In this document: piece by piece, positions 8,556-18,758 of the stretch
How the letters are laid out: every line of letters starts with the position of its first letter
How positions within the stretch are numbered: position 1 is the stretch's first letter
Origin: an uncultured Bacteroidales bacterium
GTDB taxonomy: Bacteria > Bacteroidota > Bacteroidia > Bacteroidales > GCA-2748055
Assembly (NCBI GenBank): GCA_963792395.1
Contig: CAWBWE010000006.1
Span: forward strand, 14,973 to 78,972
Direction of reading: 5' to 3'
Length of the DNA: 64,000 bases
Position numbers and translations under genes: made by a program
The notes under the pieces: generated by a model
Databases searched by the model: none
The model's input: the letters and a program-made list of their open reading frames with translations, nothing else
What the model was told of the DNA's origin: nothing

Positions 8556-9176
8556 TTAAGCAGTAAGCTTCTTTCCGAGGAATCGTTTAAATCTATTTGC
8601 TTTCGGATATACAATGACGTTTGCCACCGGCCTGGAGATGGGTGTATTCTGAGATTCCCTTACCTGTACAGGAACTCTCCAGTCCCAACGGGCGCTTAGC
8701 TGGGTGCTGACCAGCCCGGCCCATTTCTGAGCCAGTTGCAATTCGCCCCTCAGGGTTAAGCAGTCATAATCGTTGTTATAGAATTCCAGAATGAGCTCCG
8801 GTCTGTGATCATGAAAAGAGAAGTTCAGGCTAATTCTTTCAATAAGGCTTACATCTTCCTTATTATAGCGGACATGGCTCTCTGATTTAGAGATTCTGCA
8901 CCCGGAAACTTCCGCCAGGTTTATTTTCTCACGAGTTTCCCCGCCCGGTGTTCTTCGGATGAAGAACAGGGTGTTCGCTTCGTTGCTGCCCATACCGATA
9001 AGGGTATTCTCCCAGGAGTCGTAATCCGCTATTTCAGTGCTGTATTCAGCTGCAAATTCTTTCAGCGGAGCCAGGGTCCTGTTTCGCCTTTTTTTATTCC
9101 TCTGCCACGCATAAACAAGCACTCCGGCCATGGAGGCCAGGATAATTGACCAGTCCATCATACTATTTAAGTTCAT
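8556..9176 (-). CDS. Hypothetical protein with N-terminal transmembrane helix
   Basis: 206-aa ORF; LEFYN...L.GELQLAQKW motif. Confidence 0.7.
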   Translation of the reverse strand: MNLNSMMDWSIILASMAGVLVYAWQRNKKRRNRTLAPLKEFAAEYSTEIADYDSWENTLIGMGSNEANTLFFIRRTPGGETREKINLAEVSGCRISKSESHVRYNKEDVSLIERISLNFSFHDHRPELILEFYNNDYDCLTLRGELQLAQKWAGLVSTQLSARWDWRVPVQVRESQNTPISRPVANVIVYPKANRFKRFLGKKLTA

Positions 9177-9393
9177 AATTCAAGGGTTTAAAAATAATTG
9201 TTCCTTACCGGCTAAAACCGGACACGACAAGTGCAGGGCTTCCGGAAAGAAAAACCGCTTCATACTGTTTTTCAATTTTGACGGGGAATTCCTTAAAAGT
9301 AACTTCTTGCCTTAAGCCCACCCTCACAATTTCATTAAATCACTTGACTGGCAATTCCTCATTGTTGTAACTTACCCTTACTCAATTCCCGGA

Positions 9394-10629
9394 ATGAATG
9401 CTACTTTAAGGATATTAATGCTTGCAGGCCTTTGCCTTGTTCTCTTCAACCGGTGCGACAAAGAGCCAGAACCTGAAATTGAATTTGTTGTCTTCTCTGA
9501 CCATGCCTTCCGGAGTGCACTGATTGAATTGGGAGTGGATAGCAATGCAGATGGGGAGATCAGTACCATCGAAGCGGCCCGGATTCAAACCCTGGATGTC
9601 TCTAATCGTGATATTTCGGATATGAATGGCATTGAGGCCTTTGTTCACTTGGATACCCTGGATTGCAGCGGCAACCTCTTAAGCACGCTGGATCTATCTA
9701 CCAATAGTGAATTAGAACATTTCAATTGCAGCAATAACCAGCTAAGCTCCCTGGATCTTACAAATTGCACGGAATTAGCGTATTTCTATTGCTCCGGGAA
9801 TCAGCTAACTTCCCTGGATCTCTCAGGCTGTACCAAGCTGTATTATTTTGTTTGTCACAGCAACCTCTTAAGCTCCCTCGACCTGTCAGACAACCACCAC
9901 CTGTTTGAGGTGTACTGCGGGGATAACCAGTTGTCCAGTCTGCACCTTTCAAGCAGCACCTACTTTTGGACCATTTCCTGTACCGGCAATCAATTAAACA
10001 CCCTGGATGTATCCAAGGTATCAGTTGTCAACCTCTTGTGCGGAAATAATCCGCTGGCCAGTCTGGACATCTCCCAGAACTCGAACCTGATAACGCTCTC
10101 CTGCGACCATACGCAAATAAGCTCCCTGGATATTTCAAACAATATTTATTTAAGGAGTCTGGCCTGCAACTATCTTCTCTTAAGCAGTCTGGACATCTCA
10201 AATAACAATGACTTATGGCGTTTGAGTTGCGACGGCAACCGTCTAAGCTCCCTGGATGTTTCAGATAAAGCAGAATTGGAAATTCTGTATTGTGGAAACA
10301 ACATGCTGACCGGCCTGGATGTTTCCCATAACCCCTTGTTACGGCATTTTAGCTGCAGAAATAACCAGCTGAGCAGCCTGGATCTCTCAAACAATACGGA
10401 ATTAACAGATATTGACCTTGGGGGAAATCATTTTACCAGCCTGGACATCTCCCGGAATACAAAGCTGGGGACCAATCTTGTTTGGGAATCCATCCCGGAT
10501 ATTATACTCGACAGCATCCCCAGCCTGTTCGAGGTCTGCGTCTGGGAAATGCCCTTCCCTCCGGAAGGAGTTGAAATAGAGACTTCGGGCAGCCCCAACC
10601 TCTATTTCACCACCGAGTGCAGTCGGTAA
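9394..10629 (+). CDS. Leucine-rich-repeat lipoprotein (paralog 1)
   Basis: Lipobox FNRC; D.N.DGEIS..EA cap; about 21-aa L..L.C..N.L..LD repeats; CVWEMPFPP...GSPNLYFTTEC C-cap. Confidence 0.9.
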   Translation: MNATLRILMLAGLCLVLFNRCDKEPEPEIEFVVFSDHAFRSALIELGVDSNADGEISTIEAARIQTLDVSNRDISDMNGIEAFVHLDTLDCSGNLLSTLDLSTNSELEHFNCSNNQLSSLDLTNCTELAYFYCSGNQLTSLDLSGCTKLYYFVCHSNLLSSLDLSDNHHLFEVYCGDNQLSSLHLSSSTYFWTISCTGNQLNTLDVSKVSVVNLLCGNNPLASLDISQNSNLITLSCDHTQISSLDISNNIYLRSLACNYLLLSSLDISNNNDLWRLSCDGNRLSSLDVSDKAELEILYCGNNMLTGLDVSHNPLLRHFSCRNNQLSSLDLSNNTELTDIDLGGNHFTSLDISRNTKLGTNLVWESIPDIILDSIPSLFEVCVWEMPFPPEGVEIETSGSPNLYFTTECSR

Positions 10630-10670
10630 GACCTTTGGTTTATATGCTGCTGGCCATGCCTGGGCCAGGA

Positions 10671-11360
10671 TTATAAATTGGAGAAATACAACACGGCATC
10701 CAGCAGGTCCTCCTCGCGGGAAAGTTTGTACTTGTTGTCCTTCAGGTAGCTCCTGACCACTTTGTCATCGATCTGGAAAATCTCTGCCAGGGACTTGTTT
10801 CCTTTTACAATCCAATGCTCCATGCCCCTGAAGACATAGTATTCGGGTGGCTGGATTTTGTATTCAGCAGGCTTGGCTGTGTGGTAAAGATCGGTGTCCG
10901 TGACGGCTTCCGTTACTGTGATGCTGTATTGTTTATACAGTTCATAGCCATGCTGCTTTCCCAGCAAGGACAAGTATGCCACCACCAAATCTTTACCCAC
11001 TGTAAGATACTTTTTCACAAATACCTCTTCCCCGTATTTTATGGTATCGATGTTGTTCTTGAGGGGATCAATCACGATGGGCCCGCTCTCGAGTCTGGCT
11101 TCGAAACTACCCTGGTTGATGTTGTATCTGAGATCGATTCCTTCGTTCCACATGCCGTTCCAGTGAATCATGCCCGGGCTGAATTCTTCGTTGAGATAAG
11201 GGGATCCTTCGACTTCGCTGAAGCCCGCAGACCATCTGTAATATTCCCCCGAGGCTTTCAGGTTTTTTTCCAGGGCCTGGGTGGAGGTCACCGGGTTTTG
11301 AGCCATAGTTCCCATGGAAAGCAAAGCAAGAAACAGGAATACAGGAAGTGTTTTTCTCAT
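10671..11360 (-). CDS. Secreted hypothetical protein typical of Bacteroidota
   Basis: Signal peptide; VEGSPYLNEEF..G, LRYN, YLKDNK.KLSREEDL; TATCTTTG at 11388-11395 on the minus strand. Confidence 0.75.
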   Translation of the reverse strand: MRKTLPVFLFLALLSMGTMAQNPVTSTQALEKNLKASGEYYRWSAGFSEVEGSPYLNEEFSPGMIHWNGMWNEGIDLRYNINQGSFEARLESGPIVIDPLKNNIDTIKYGEEVFVKKYLTVGKDLVVAYLSLLGKQHGYELYKQYSITVTEAVTDTDLYHTAKPAEYKIQPPEYYVFRGMEHWIVKGNKSLAEIFQIDDKVVRSYLKDNKYKLSREEDLLDAVLYFSNL

Positions 11361-11545
11361 CAGGAAATAGCATTAGTATTTATTTCCCAAAGATACGGTT
11401 CTTTCTGTAATCAGCAGGCGAGGTGCCCTGGTGCAGCAGCTCGCAGGCTTCAAAAGGAGACACTCCGGGCATCTACGCAACCCGGAAAGGGCCCTTTGCA
11501 TCTTCAGGACAAAGAAGTTCTTGTATATTTACCAAGGCCCCTGCC

Positions 11546-12801
11546 ATGAAAACAAAAAAATCACATAAGACCCCGGCCCTCCTTTTGGCCCTGATACTTA
11601 CGGCCCTGTTCCTCCTGCCTTCCTGTGAGAAAGCGGACCCGGTTCAGAAGGAGCCCAAGAAAGTGGTGCTGAACAAGAAGGCCGCCGAGATCCTGCAGGC
11701 GGACCGGCAGTTTGCCTTCGAACTGTTCAGGGAGGTTCAAAGCCTCAGTGATGCGGAGAACCTGATGATCTCCCCCCTCAGCACCTCCTATGCCCTGGGG
11801 ATGACCCTGAACGGGGCCAACGGGGACACTAAAGAGGCCTTCCGCCAGGTGCTCCACTTCGAGGATCTGAGCGATCAGGAGGTGAATGAGAGTTACCAGG
11901 ATCTGATGTCACAGCTGGTGACCCTGGATGAGAAGGTGCAGTTCAGCATCGCCAACAGCATCTGGTACAGGCTGGGGTATCAATGTGCTGGAAGACTTTA
12001 TTAGCCTCAACCGGGAGTATTTCGATGCCGCGGTGGAGGAGCTGGATTTTTCGGATCCGGGAGCAGTGGATATTATCAACGGATGGATCGAGGAGAAGAC
12101 CAACGATAAGATCCAGGACATGCTCGATTACATCCCCGGGGATGCGGTCATGTACCTGATCAATGCCATCTACTTTAATGCCACCTGGAAGTACCAGTTT
12201 GATCCGGAGGATACCTTTGAGGACGATTTCACCCTGGAGGGAGGAGCGATTGCACCGCTGCGATTTCATGCAGGTGGAAGGCAGCTACCACTATACCAGC
12301 CAGGAGAAATTCACGGCCGTGGAACTGCCTTACGGCGACAGTGCCTTCAGCATGGTGGTCCTGTTGCCCAAAGCTGGAGTAAGTACCACGGAGCTCATGG
12401 AGGAGCTGGATGCGGAAAGCTGGGATTCCTGGTTGAACGCTGCCTACCCCGCCAAGGTGCTGATCCAGCTTCCCAGGTTCAAATACGAGTTCAAATCGCT
12501 GCTGAATGATCCGCTGACCAACCTGGGACTGGGGATTGCCTTTACCGAAAGTGCCGATTTCAGCAACATCACCCCCGGGGGCGGCATCTATATCTCGCGG
12601 GTGATCCACCAGACCTTCATCGATGTGAACGAAGAGGGGACCGAAGCGGCGGCAGCCACCATCGTGGAGATGATCGAGACCTCCGCACCCCAGGTCCTCC
12701 AGTTCCGGGCCGATAAGCCCTTCCTCTATGTGATTAAGGAAAACTCCACCGGGGCCTTTCTGTTCATGGGGAAAGTTGGCAAACCGGAGCACGGGGATTA
12801 A
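11546..12801 (+). CDS. Serpin lipoprotein, split by two apparent frameshifts (~11980, ~12245)
   Basis: NLMISPLS, LINAIYFNATW, EEGTEAAAAT hinge and FRADKPF spread over three frames; lipobox LPSC. Confidence 0.9.
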
Positions 12802-12898
12802 ACAGTTATCCGAAGATTTTTACCGGGACGGACTGCGCTTGTTGCTTGTTAGATTAAAGACTACCTTTAACTTACGCTAATCCTTAAAGCAACAATCA

Positions 12899-14909
12899 AT
12901 GAAAACATTAGTCTGGTTTTTTGCGGCTGCCCTGTTTATGACGGCCTGTACCCTTGGTGACTCACCTGAATTTTCCGGCGACCTGGCCGTGGGAGAGGTG
13001 GTGGAAGGAGTGCTGGAGCTGGAGAGTCCCGATACCTTCCATTTCGAGTTCGGTGCCGACACCTACCTCTACGGGGTGTGCCAGCAGCTTAGCGTCGATG
13101 TAGTGGTCTCCCTGTACGATTCTACGGGTAAATCGCTGGGGAGGTTTGACGGCCCGGCACTGGGTCCGGAGCCCTTCAATTTCGTCATTACGGATCCGGG
13201 CAGCTACCTGCTCGAAGTGGCCCCCTTTGAAAAGAAGACAGGGAACTACAGCCTGGAGCTGAAAGTGGTGGAGCCGGTGGCCACGGAGCCAGGTAAACGG
13301 GCCGACCAGCTTTTCTATCCCTATCAGCGAAGAGGGAGTGCCCGGGGGCGTTGTGGGCGTGATTAAAAATGGGGAGCTTGTCTTTTCCAGGGCATACGGG
13401 ATGGCCAACCTGACCCATGGAATTCCTTACGAAGTCAACACTCCGACCAATATAGGATCGGTATCCAAGCAATTTACCGCCATGGCCATCCTGCTCCTGG
13501 AGCAGCAGGGAAAACTGTCGCTGGAGGACGATGTACGAAAACACATTCCCGAACTGCCGGATCTGGGACAGGTGGTCACCCTGAAAAATATGCTGAACCA
13601 TACCAACGGATTCCGGGAGGTATACAACCTGATGCCCATGACCGGCTGGAAAGGGGAAGATGCACTGCGCCGCGAAGAGGTCATTGAGATTGCTGAAACG
13701 CCAGGAGGAACTGCAGGCAGCTCCCGGAGAGGAATACAACTACAATAACTCGGCCTTTATCCTGCTGGCCGAAATTGTGGAGCGGATCAGCGGAAAAAGC
13801 TTCCCGGAGTTTATGAAAGAGAATGTATTTACTCCCCTGGAGATGAACTCCACCCGGGTAAGACCCAATCCGGCGGTGATCATTCCGGGGGCGTCCCAGG
13901 GCTATGCAGCTGATTCCATGGGGTATAACGAAGCAGGCGATCTCTATGCCGCATACGGCGCAGGGGGGATCTATACCACCCTGGAGGACTTCAGTAAATG
14001 GATGGGGAACTTCGGCACTCCGGTCCTGGGCGGAGAAAGAGCTGGTGAAGCGGCTGGTGACCGTGGATACCCTGAATAACGGGGATACCATGAGCTATGC
14101 ACTGGGAATCGGGGTGGATAAGTTCAGGGGCTTGCAAAGTTACAGTCATGGAGGGGCCGATATTGCCCACCGGGCTTTCCTGGTCTACTTTCCCGGAGAT
14201 CAATGGGGGCGTGGTGGCCATGAGCAACAACGCGGGGTTTAATTCCGGGGGGATCGCCTACGAAATGGCCGAACTGTATTTTGGAGAGGAGATGGAACCC
14301 GAAGAGGGGGAAGAAGCGAAGACGGGAGAGGAGGCGGAAGAGGCGGCGGAATCCAGGGAGGTCATGGTACCCGGTGAGCTGCTGGAAGCCTATGCCGGGG
14401 AGTATTTGTTAACGGGGATGGGAGTGGAACTGAGCTATGAAGTGGTGGACGGACGACTGAAAATGAGCATGGAGGGACAACCCGAGGTCTATCTGACCCC
14501 GCTCTCCGAAACGGAATTTAAGTATGAAGATGTGGAAGCCACCATAGAATTTAAAAGCAATGAAGAGGGAGAGGTGACCACCGCGGTGCATTCACAGGGG
14601 GGACAGAAATTCGAACTGCAAAGGGTGGCCCCTTATGCCCCTACGGTGGAGGAGCTCCAGGCCCTTACCGGGAAGTTCTTCTCCAGGGAACTGGAGACTT
14701 TCTATACCCTGGAAGTCCGCGATACCACCCTGGTGCTCCTGATCCGGAACACCAAGGAGATAGAGCTTTCGGCGGTGAAGGAGGACCTCTACAAGGGAGA
14801 TATCTTCTTTATCGGCGAGCTGGAGTTCCAGCGGGATCAGACCGGACAGGTGACCGGGTTTACGGCAGCCAACGGGCGGACCCGGGGCATCGGGTTTGTC
14901 AGGCAATAA
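12899..14909 (+). CDS. Serine hydrolase (beta-lactamase/PBP4*-like) lipoprotein with PPC-like N-domain and C-terminal repeats; about four apparent frameshifts
   Basis: GSVSKQF (SxxK), YNYNN, AYGAGGIY and HGG motifs across consecutive overlapping ORFs. Confidence 0.85.
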
Positions 14910-14971
14910 ATATATCCCTCACGGGGTTTTTCTTGCAATATCTTGATCCATAGGTGATTTAGGGTGCTTAA

Positions 14972-14999
14972 GTGACCAATGCTTCGAAAAGCGTCACAA
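14972..14999 (+). promoter_or_regulatory. ECF-type promoter GTGACC-N15-GTCACAA
   Basis: 24 nt upstream of the ATG at 15024. Confidence 0.75.
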
Positions 15000-15023
15000 T
15001 ACTAAATCACAAAAATTCTATAG

Positions 15024-15827
15024 ATGAAGAAAGCAAGCGCAAGGATCCAAAGAGCATTAATCATAAGCGTCCTGGTTTTTGCATCGCAGGTACTGCACGG
15101 CCAATACAATGAAAGCATACGGACCGGCAGACCGGGTCAGGCGATTGGTGCGTTTACCGTGGGAAAAAATATCCTGCAATTTCAACAGGGGATTGATTTC
15201 GTTTCTTTTACGAACCCCCTGTACACTCCACTGGGAGTAACCAGCAACAATGTTGTACGCTTTGGGATTCTTGAAGCCTTTGAAATAAGTGCTCTTGTAG
15301 ATTATCAGTATGACCGGCAAAGCTATGAGACTGAAACAGAGATTCAGTCCGGGCTGAGTAACCTGCATCTGGGATTCAGGGCCCACATTAACGATCAGAA
15401 TGGATGGATTCCATCCACAGCCGTTCAACTCAGGCTTAAAATGACCTGCCTTTCAGAGGAGTACCAGATCAATCATATGGCTCCCGCAATGGTTCTTGTT
15501 GCAGGGTGGGGGCTCCCTCAAGATCTGAGCATAACGACCAACTGGATCTTAACCTACAGTGGGAATGACCCGGTGCCAACAGGAAAGTATGTGCTTAACT
15601 TTGCATTCCCGGTGTATAAAAAGTTAAGCGGGTTTATCGAAAATTACGGCCAGGTCAGGGGATCTGTCTTTCAAACCAGGTTTGACGGCGGTCTTGCCTA
15701 CCTGGTAAATAACAATTTCCAGCTGGATTTAGCCGCAGGCTTTGGCAGCAACCAGGAGGTTCGGGATTATTTTGTAAGCACCGGTATTTCCTGGAGAATT
15801 GCCAGCTTCAGAAAAACCGGTTCCTAG
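15024..15827 (+). CDS. Outer-membrane beta-barrel 'transporter' (Phenol_MetA_deg/SphA-like family)
   Basis: Signal peptide; IRTGRPG...TVGK..LQ.QQG; amphipathic strands; C-terminal FVSTGISWRI. Confidence 0.72.
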   Translation: MKKASARIQRALIISVLVFASQVLHGQYNESIRTGRPGQAIGAFTVGKNILQFQQGIDFVSFTNPLYTPLGVTSNNVVRFGILEAFEISALVDYQYDRQSYETETEIQSGLSNLHLGFRAHINDQNGWIPSTAVQLRLKMTCLSEEYQINHMAPAMVLVAGWGLPQDLSITTNWILTYSGNDPVPTGKYVLNFAFPVYKKLSGFIENYGQVRGSVFQTRFDGGLAYLVNNNFQLDLAAGFGSNQEVRDYFVSTGISWRIASFRKTGS

Positions 15828-18295
15828 GCTCCTTTCGTGGCATCGGAACGGATATGCAGATCGCGCTGCGGGAAGGGGATCTCAATTCCGGCCTCGGCCA
15901 GTTTCCGGTTGATCAGCACATTGATCTCACTTTCCGTTTCCAGGCGGTACTCCAGGTCGGTCCAGGCCAGCAGGCGGAAGTTCAGGGAGCTGTCGCCAAA
16001 CTCAATAAAAAGGGCCCTGGGAGCGGGGTCCTGATCCACCCGCGGGTGTTCACGCGCGATCTCCAACATAATTGCAAGCACCTTTTCCGGATCGGTTCCG
16101 TAAGCAACCCCCGCCCGGATATCCATCCGGCGGTTGGTATCGGAAAGGGTCCAGTTGATCAGCTCGTTGGAGATCAGGTTGCCATTGGGGACAATGACCT
16201 CGGACCCGTCAAAACTCTTTACCGTACTGGAGCGCAGGCCGATGGACTTCACGGTACCCATCAAGGCTCCCACCTGCACCACATCGCCCACTTTGATGGG
16301 CCGTTCGAAGGACAGGATCAGCCCGGACACCATGTTATTGAAAATGTTCTGCAATCCAAAACCGATGCCTACGGAAAAGGCCCCCAGTACGATGGACAGA
16401 TTGGTCAGCTGCATGCCCGAGGCTGCCGCCGCCAGCAAAAATCCAGCAGAGATCAGCACAATTTTCACCATCAGGGTGATGGTGGCAGGGACCCCCTTGG
16501 CGGCCTGCACCCGGGTAAACACATCCTTTTCCAGGATACGGCTGATGATCCTGGAAATCATAATGGAAAGCCAGATCACAAAAATAAAGATCGCGATGCT
16601 GCCCAGGGTAATTTCAATAGCCCCGATTTTCATTCCGTCCGACAGGACCCTCCTGCCCCATTCATTGAAAGCATCCCCGACATTCAGGATTTTAAGGGCC
16701 AGGCTGACGAACACCAGCAGCAGGAAAAAGTCCACCAGCCAGGTGGCTTTCTGGAGGATAGCCCGGAACTCGTCCCGGATCACATTCAGTTTCTGAAGGT
16801 AATTGCTGGCAAGGACCAGGTACAGTACCGTGTCGGACAACTTGCTGGCCAGCTGGATGGCAATGGCTGTTATGGTGATCTGCAGCGGTACCAGGGCAAA
16901 AAATTCGGCCAGACGGAAGGTCCCCGCCAGGTTGGCAATGATGGAGAGGACCTGCATGGCAAGGAAGACCGCCACCAACACCCGGAAGGAACGGTTGATG
17001 AAGCCGGTCTTGATATAGGGATCGAAAGGTCGCTTCCGGTATATCCAGGCAAAAAGCCAGATGCTGGCAAAGCAAAGGCCCAGCAGCAGTAGCCGGAGCA
17101 AGACCCCCGGATGATAGGCCAGCTCGTAAAACAGGGTCAATGTGGTCAGAATAACCAGCACCAGGATCCAGGTACGGAGGGACGGTCCAAAGAATTTGAT
17201 GATCAGGATGAGCATGGGGATCATCAGCAGGAAAAGGTTGATTGCGAAAAAGGTGGGGGGAAGATCCGGAATCAGGAAGCGGATCATCAGGGTGAGGAAA
17301 AACAGGACTGAAGCCAGCGGGTTGTCAATAAATACCAGGTGCAGCCTGGTTACTTCCAGCTTCTTCTCTGCAATCAGACTGGCATGGTTTTGCTTGAAGC
17401 GGACGGCGAAAAATAGCAGGACCACAAACAGGACCAGCGAAATGATCATGCTTCGCCGGTACCCCGACTTCAAAAGCACCAGGTCGGTTCTGAAGGAGTT
17501 TACTACTTCCTCCAGGTGCGTGGCCAGAAGGGGCCTTTTCTCCAGATTGGACAGGTCCTTGAAAAAACCGGGAACATCTTTCTTAAACAGCGTTTCGCCC
17601 AGAGCGATCTGCTGTTCCCTGACCTTTGCATGTAATTCACTCAGGTCCGTTTTAAATTCACTCAGCTCATCCTGGGCCTCCAGCAAAAAGACCAGGCCTT
17701 CCTGAAGTTCTTTCCGTACTTCGTCGATCCGCTGCATGGCGCTCTCTATCCGCTCGGCCCTGGCTTCCAGGGTCACATCCGTCCTTTCCTGTTCCAGGGT
17801 AAGTTTCCACCGGTTCCGGTTCACCTGGAGCTGCAGCATCTGCTTTTCCAGCCCGCCGGCACTCGCTGACAGGCGTCCGATCAGCTCGTCCAGCTGATCC
17901 CTGTAGAGTTTTTCCTCCAGCTCGATTTGGTCCAGCTCCCTGCTGCTCAAGCTTTTAATCGAATACTGAAGTGTATCCCCCAGGAACTTGTCCAACCGTG
18001 CCACCAGACTGTCTTTTTCCCGTGTAAATTCTTCAAGGGCTCCCTCGCTCAACTCCAGGTCCTCGGATTCTCTGAGCAAGCGTTCGGTGGCGCCAAGTTC
18101 CCGGGTGATGCTTACGAGCGCAAAGGGCTGCCGGGAGATGCTATCCGCTTCCACCCGGGTACCCGGCTCCCGGGAACTCTGCCCCTGGATGGCCTGCGGG
18201 AATACGTTCTGGGCAGTGACCGGGGCGGGAAGAAAACATAGAATAAGGAAAAATAACAGCAATAACAGGGAATAAGACCTCGAATTTATTCTCAT
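15824..18295 (-). CDS. Large MscS/MscK-family mechanosensitive channel
   Basis: GIGFGLQNIFNNMVSG..ERPIKVGD, IVPNG, GVAYG, IPFPQRD; periplasmic coiled coil; TAGTTTTG at 18316-18323 on the minus strand. Confidence 0.92.
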   Translation of the reverse strand: MRINSRSYSLLLLLFFLILCFLPAPVTAQNVFPQAIQGQSSREPGTRVEADSISRQPFALVSITRELGATERLLRESEDLELSEGALEEFTREKDSLVARLDKFLGDTLQYSIKSLSSRELDQIELEEKLYRDQLDELIGRLSASAGGLEKQMLQLQVNRNRWKLTLEQERTDVTLEARAERIESAMQRIDEVRKELQEGLVFLLEAQDELSEFKTDLSELHAKVREQQIALGETLFKKDVPGFFKDLSNLEKRPLLATHLEEVVNSFRTDLVLLKSGYRRSMIISLVLFVVLLFFAVRFKQNHASLIAEKKLEVTRLHLVFIDNPLASVLFFLTLMIRFLIPDLPPTFFAINLFLLMIPMLILIIKFFGPSLRTWILVLVILTTLTLFYELAYHPGVLLRLLLLGLCFASIWLFAWIYRKRPFDPYIKTGFINRSFRVLVAVFLAMQVLSIIANLAGTFRLAEFFALVPLQITITAIAIQLASKLSDTVLYLVLASNYLQKLNVIRDEFRAILQKATWLVDFFLLLVFVSLALKILNVGDAFNEWGRRVLSDGMKIGAIEITLGSIAIFIFVIWLSIMISRIISRILEKDVFTRVQAAKGVPATITLMVKIVLISAGFLLAAAASGMQLTNLSIVLGAFSVGIGFGLQNIFNNMVSGLILSFERPIKVGDVVQVGALMGTVKSIGLRSSTVKSFDGSEVIVPNGNLISNELINWTLSDTNRRMDIRAGVAYGTDPEKVLAIMLEIAREHPRVDQDPAPRALFIEFGDSSLNFRLLAWTDLEYRLETESEINVLINRKLAEAGIEIPFPQRDLHIRSDATKGA

Positions 18296-18435
18296 GGTTT
18301 GGCGGCTTAGAGTACCAAAACTACAAAAATGTATCATTAGGGCTGCGCTTCACCCCGCGAAAGTTTATCTGGCACACCGCCCTTTGAGAAAATGCAAGCT
18401 TTTTTAAGATTTTTTCCTCAGGTACAAATAAGGAT

Positions 18436-18463
18436 GTGACCAAATTATCAGGGCTAGTCAAAA
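18436..18463 (+). promoter_or_regulatory. ECF-type promoter GTGACC-N15-GTCAAAA
   Basis: Upstream of the DUF2934 gene. Confidence 0.78.
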
Positions 18464-18484
18464 GGCATATATAAGCTAAACAAA

Positions 18485-18721
18485 ATGACAAAAAAAATGG
18501 CAAAAAAACCTGCACCTAAAACGGCAACAAAAGCTGCACCTAAAACGGCAACAAAAGCTGCACCAAAAAGCAAAGCCGCAGCCGGCAAAAAAAAGATAAG
18601 TGATACCGCTATCCGGAAACGCGCAGAGGAAATTTATCAGAGGCGGACCGAGAATGGTATTCCCGGAGATGCTGATTCTGACTGGCGTCAGGCAGAACAG
18701 GAGCTGATGAAATCCAAATAA
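18485..18721 (+). CDS. DUF2934-domain protein with Lys/Ala/Pro-rich histone-H1-like N-tail
   Basis: IRKRAEEIYQRR...G.ADSDWRQAEQEL signature; KAAPKTAT repeats. Confidence 0.82.
   Translation: MTKKMAKKPAPKTATKAAPKTATKAAPKSKAAAGKKKISDTAIRKRAEEIYQRRTENGIPGDADSDWRQAEQELMKSK
18510..18564 (+). repeat. 24-bp tandem repeat (ctgcacctaaaacggcaacaaaag x2.3)
   Basis: Exact copies at 18510-18533 and 18534-18557 plus a partial third. Confidence 0.9.
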
Positions 18722-18758
18722 GTCCCATCCTTAAAAGTGGAACCGCGGGAGCCATTGA

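Noticed and set aside
9600-10460. Regularly spaced ctggat/ctggac repeats resembling a CRISPR array
   Set aside because: They are the 63-nt periodicity of LRR codons (Leu-Asp) inside an ORF, with no identical repeats and no cas genes.
15854-17092. Long antisense ORFs (412 aa here; also 35816-36832, 48150-49130, 56091-57194, 61166-62239)
   Set aside because: They are shadow frames opposite well-supported genes in GC-rich coding DNA and carry no recognisable motifs.
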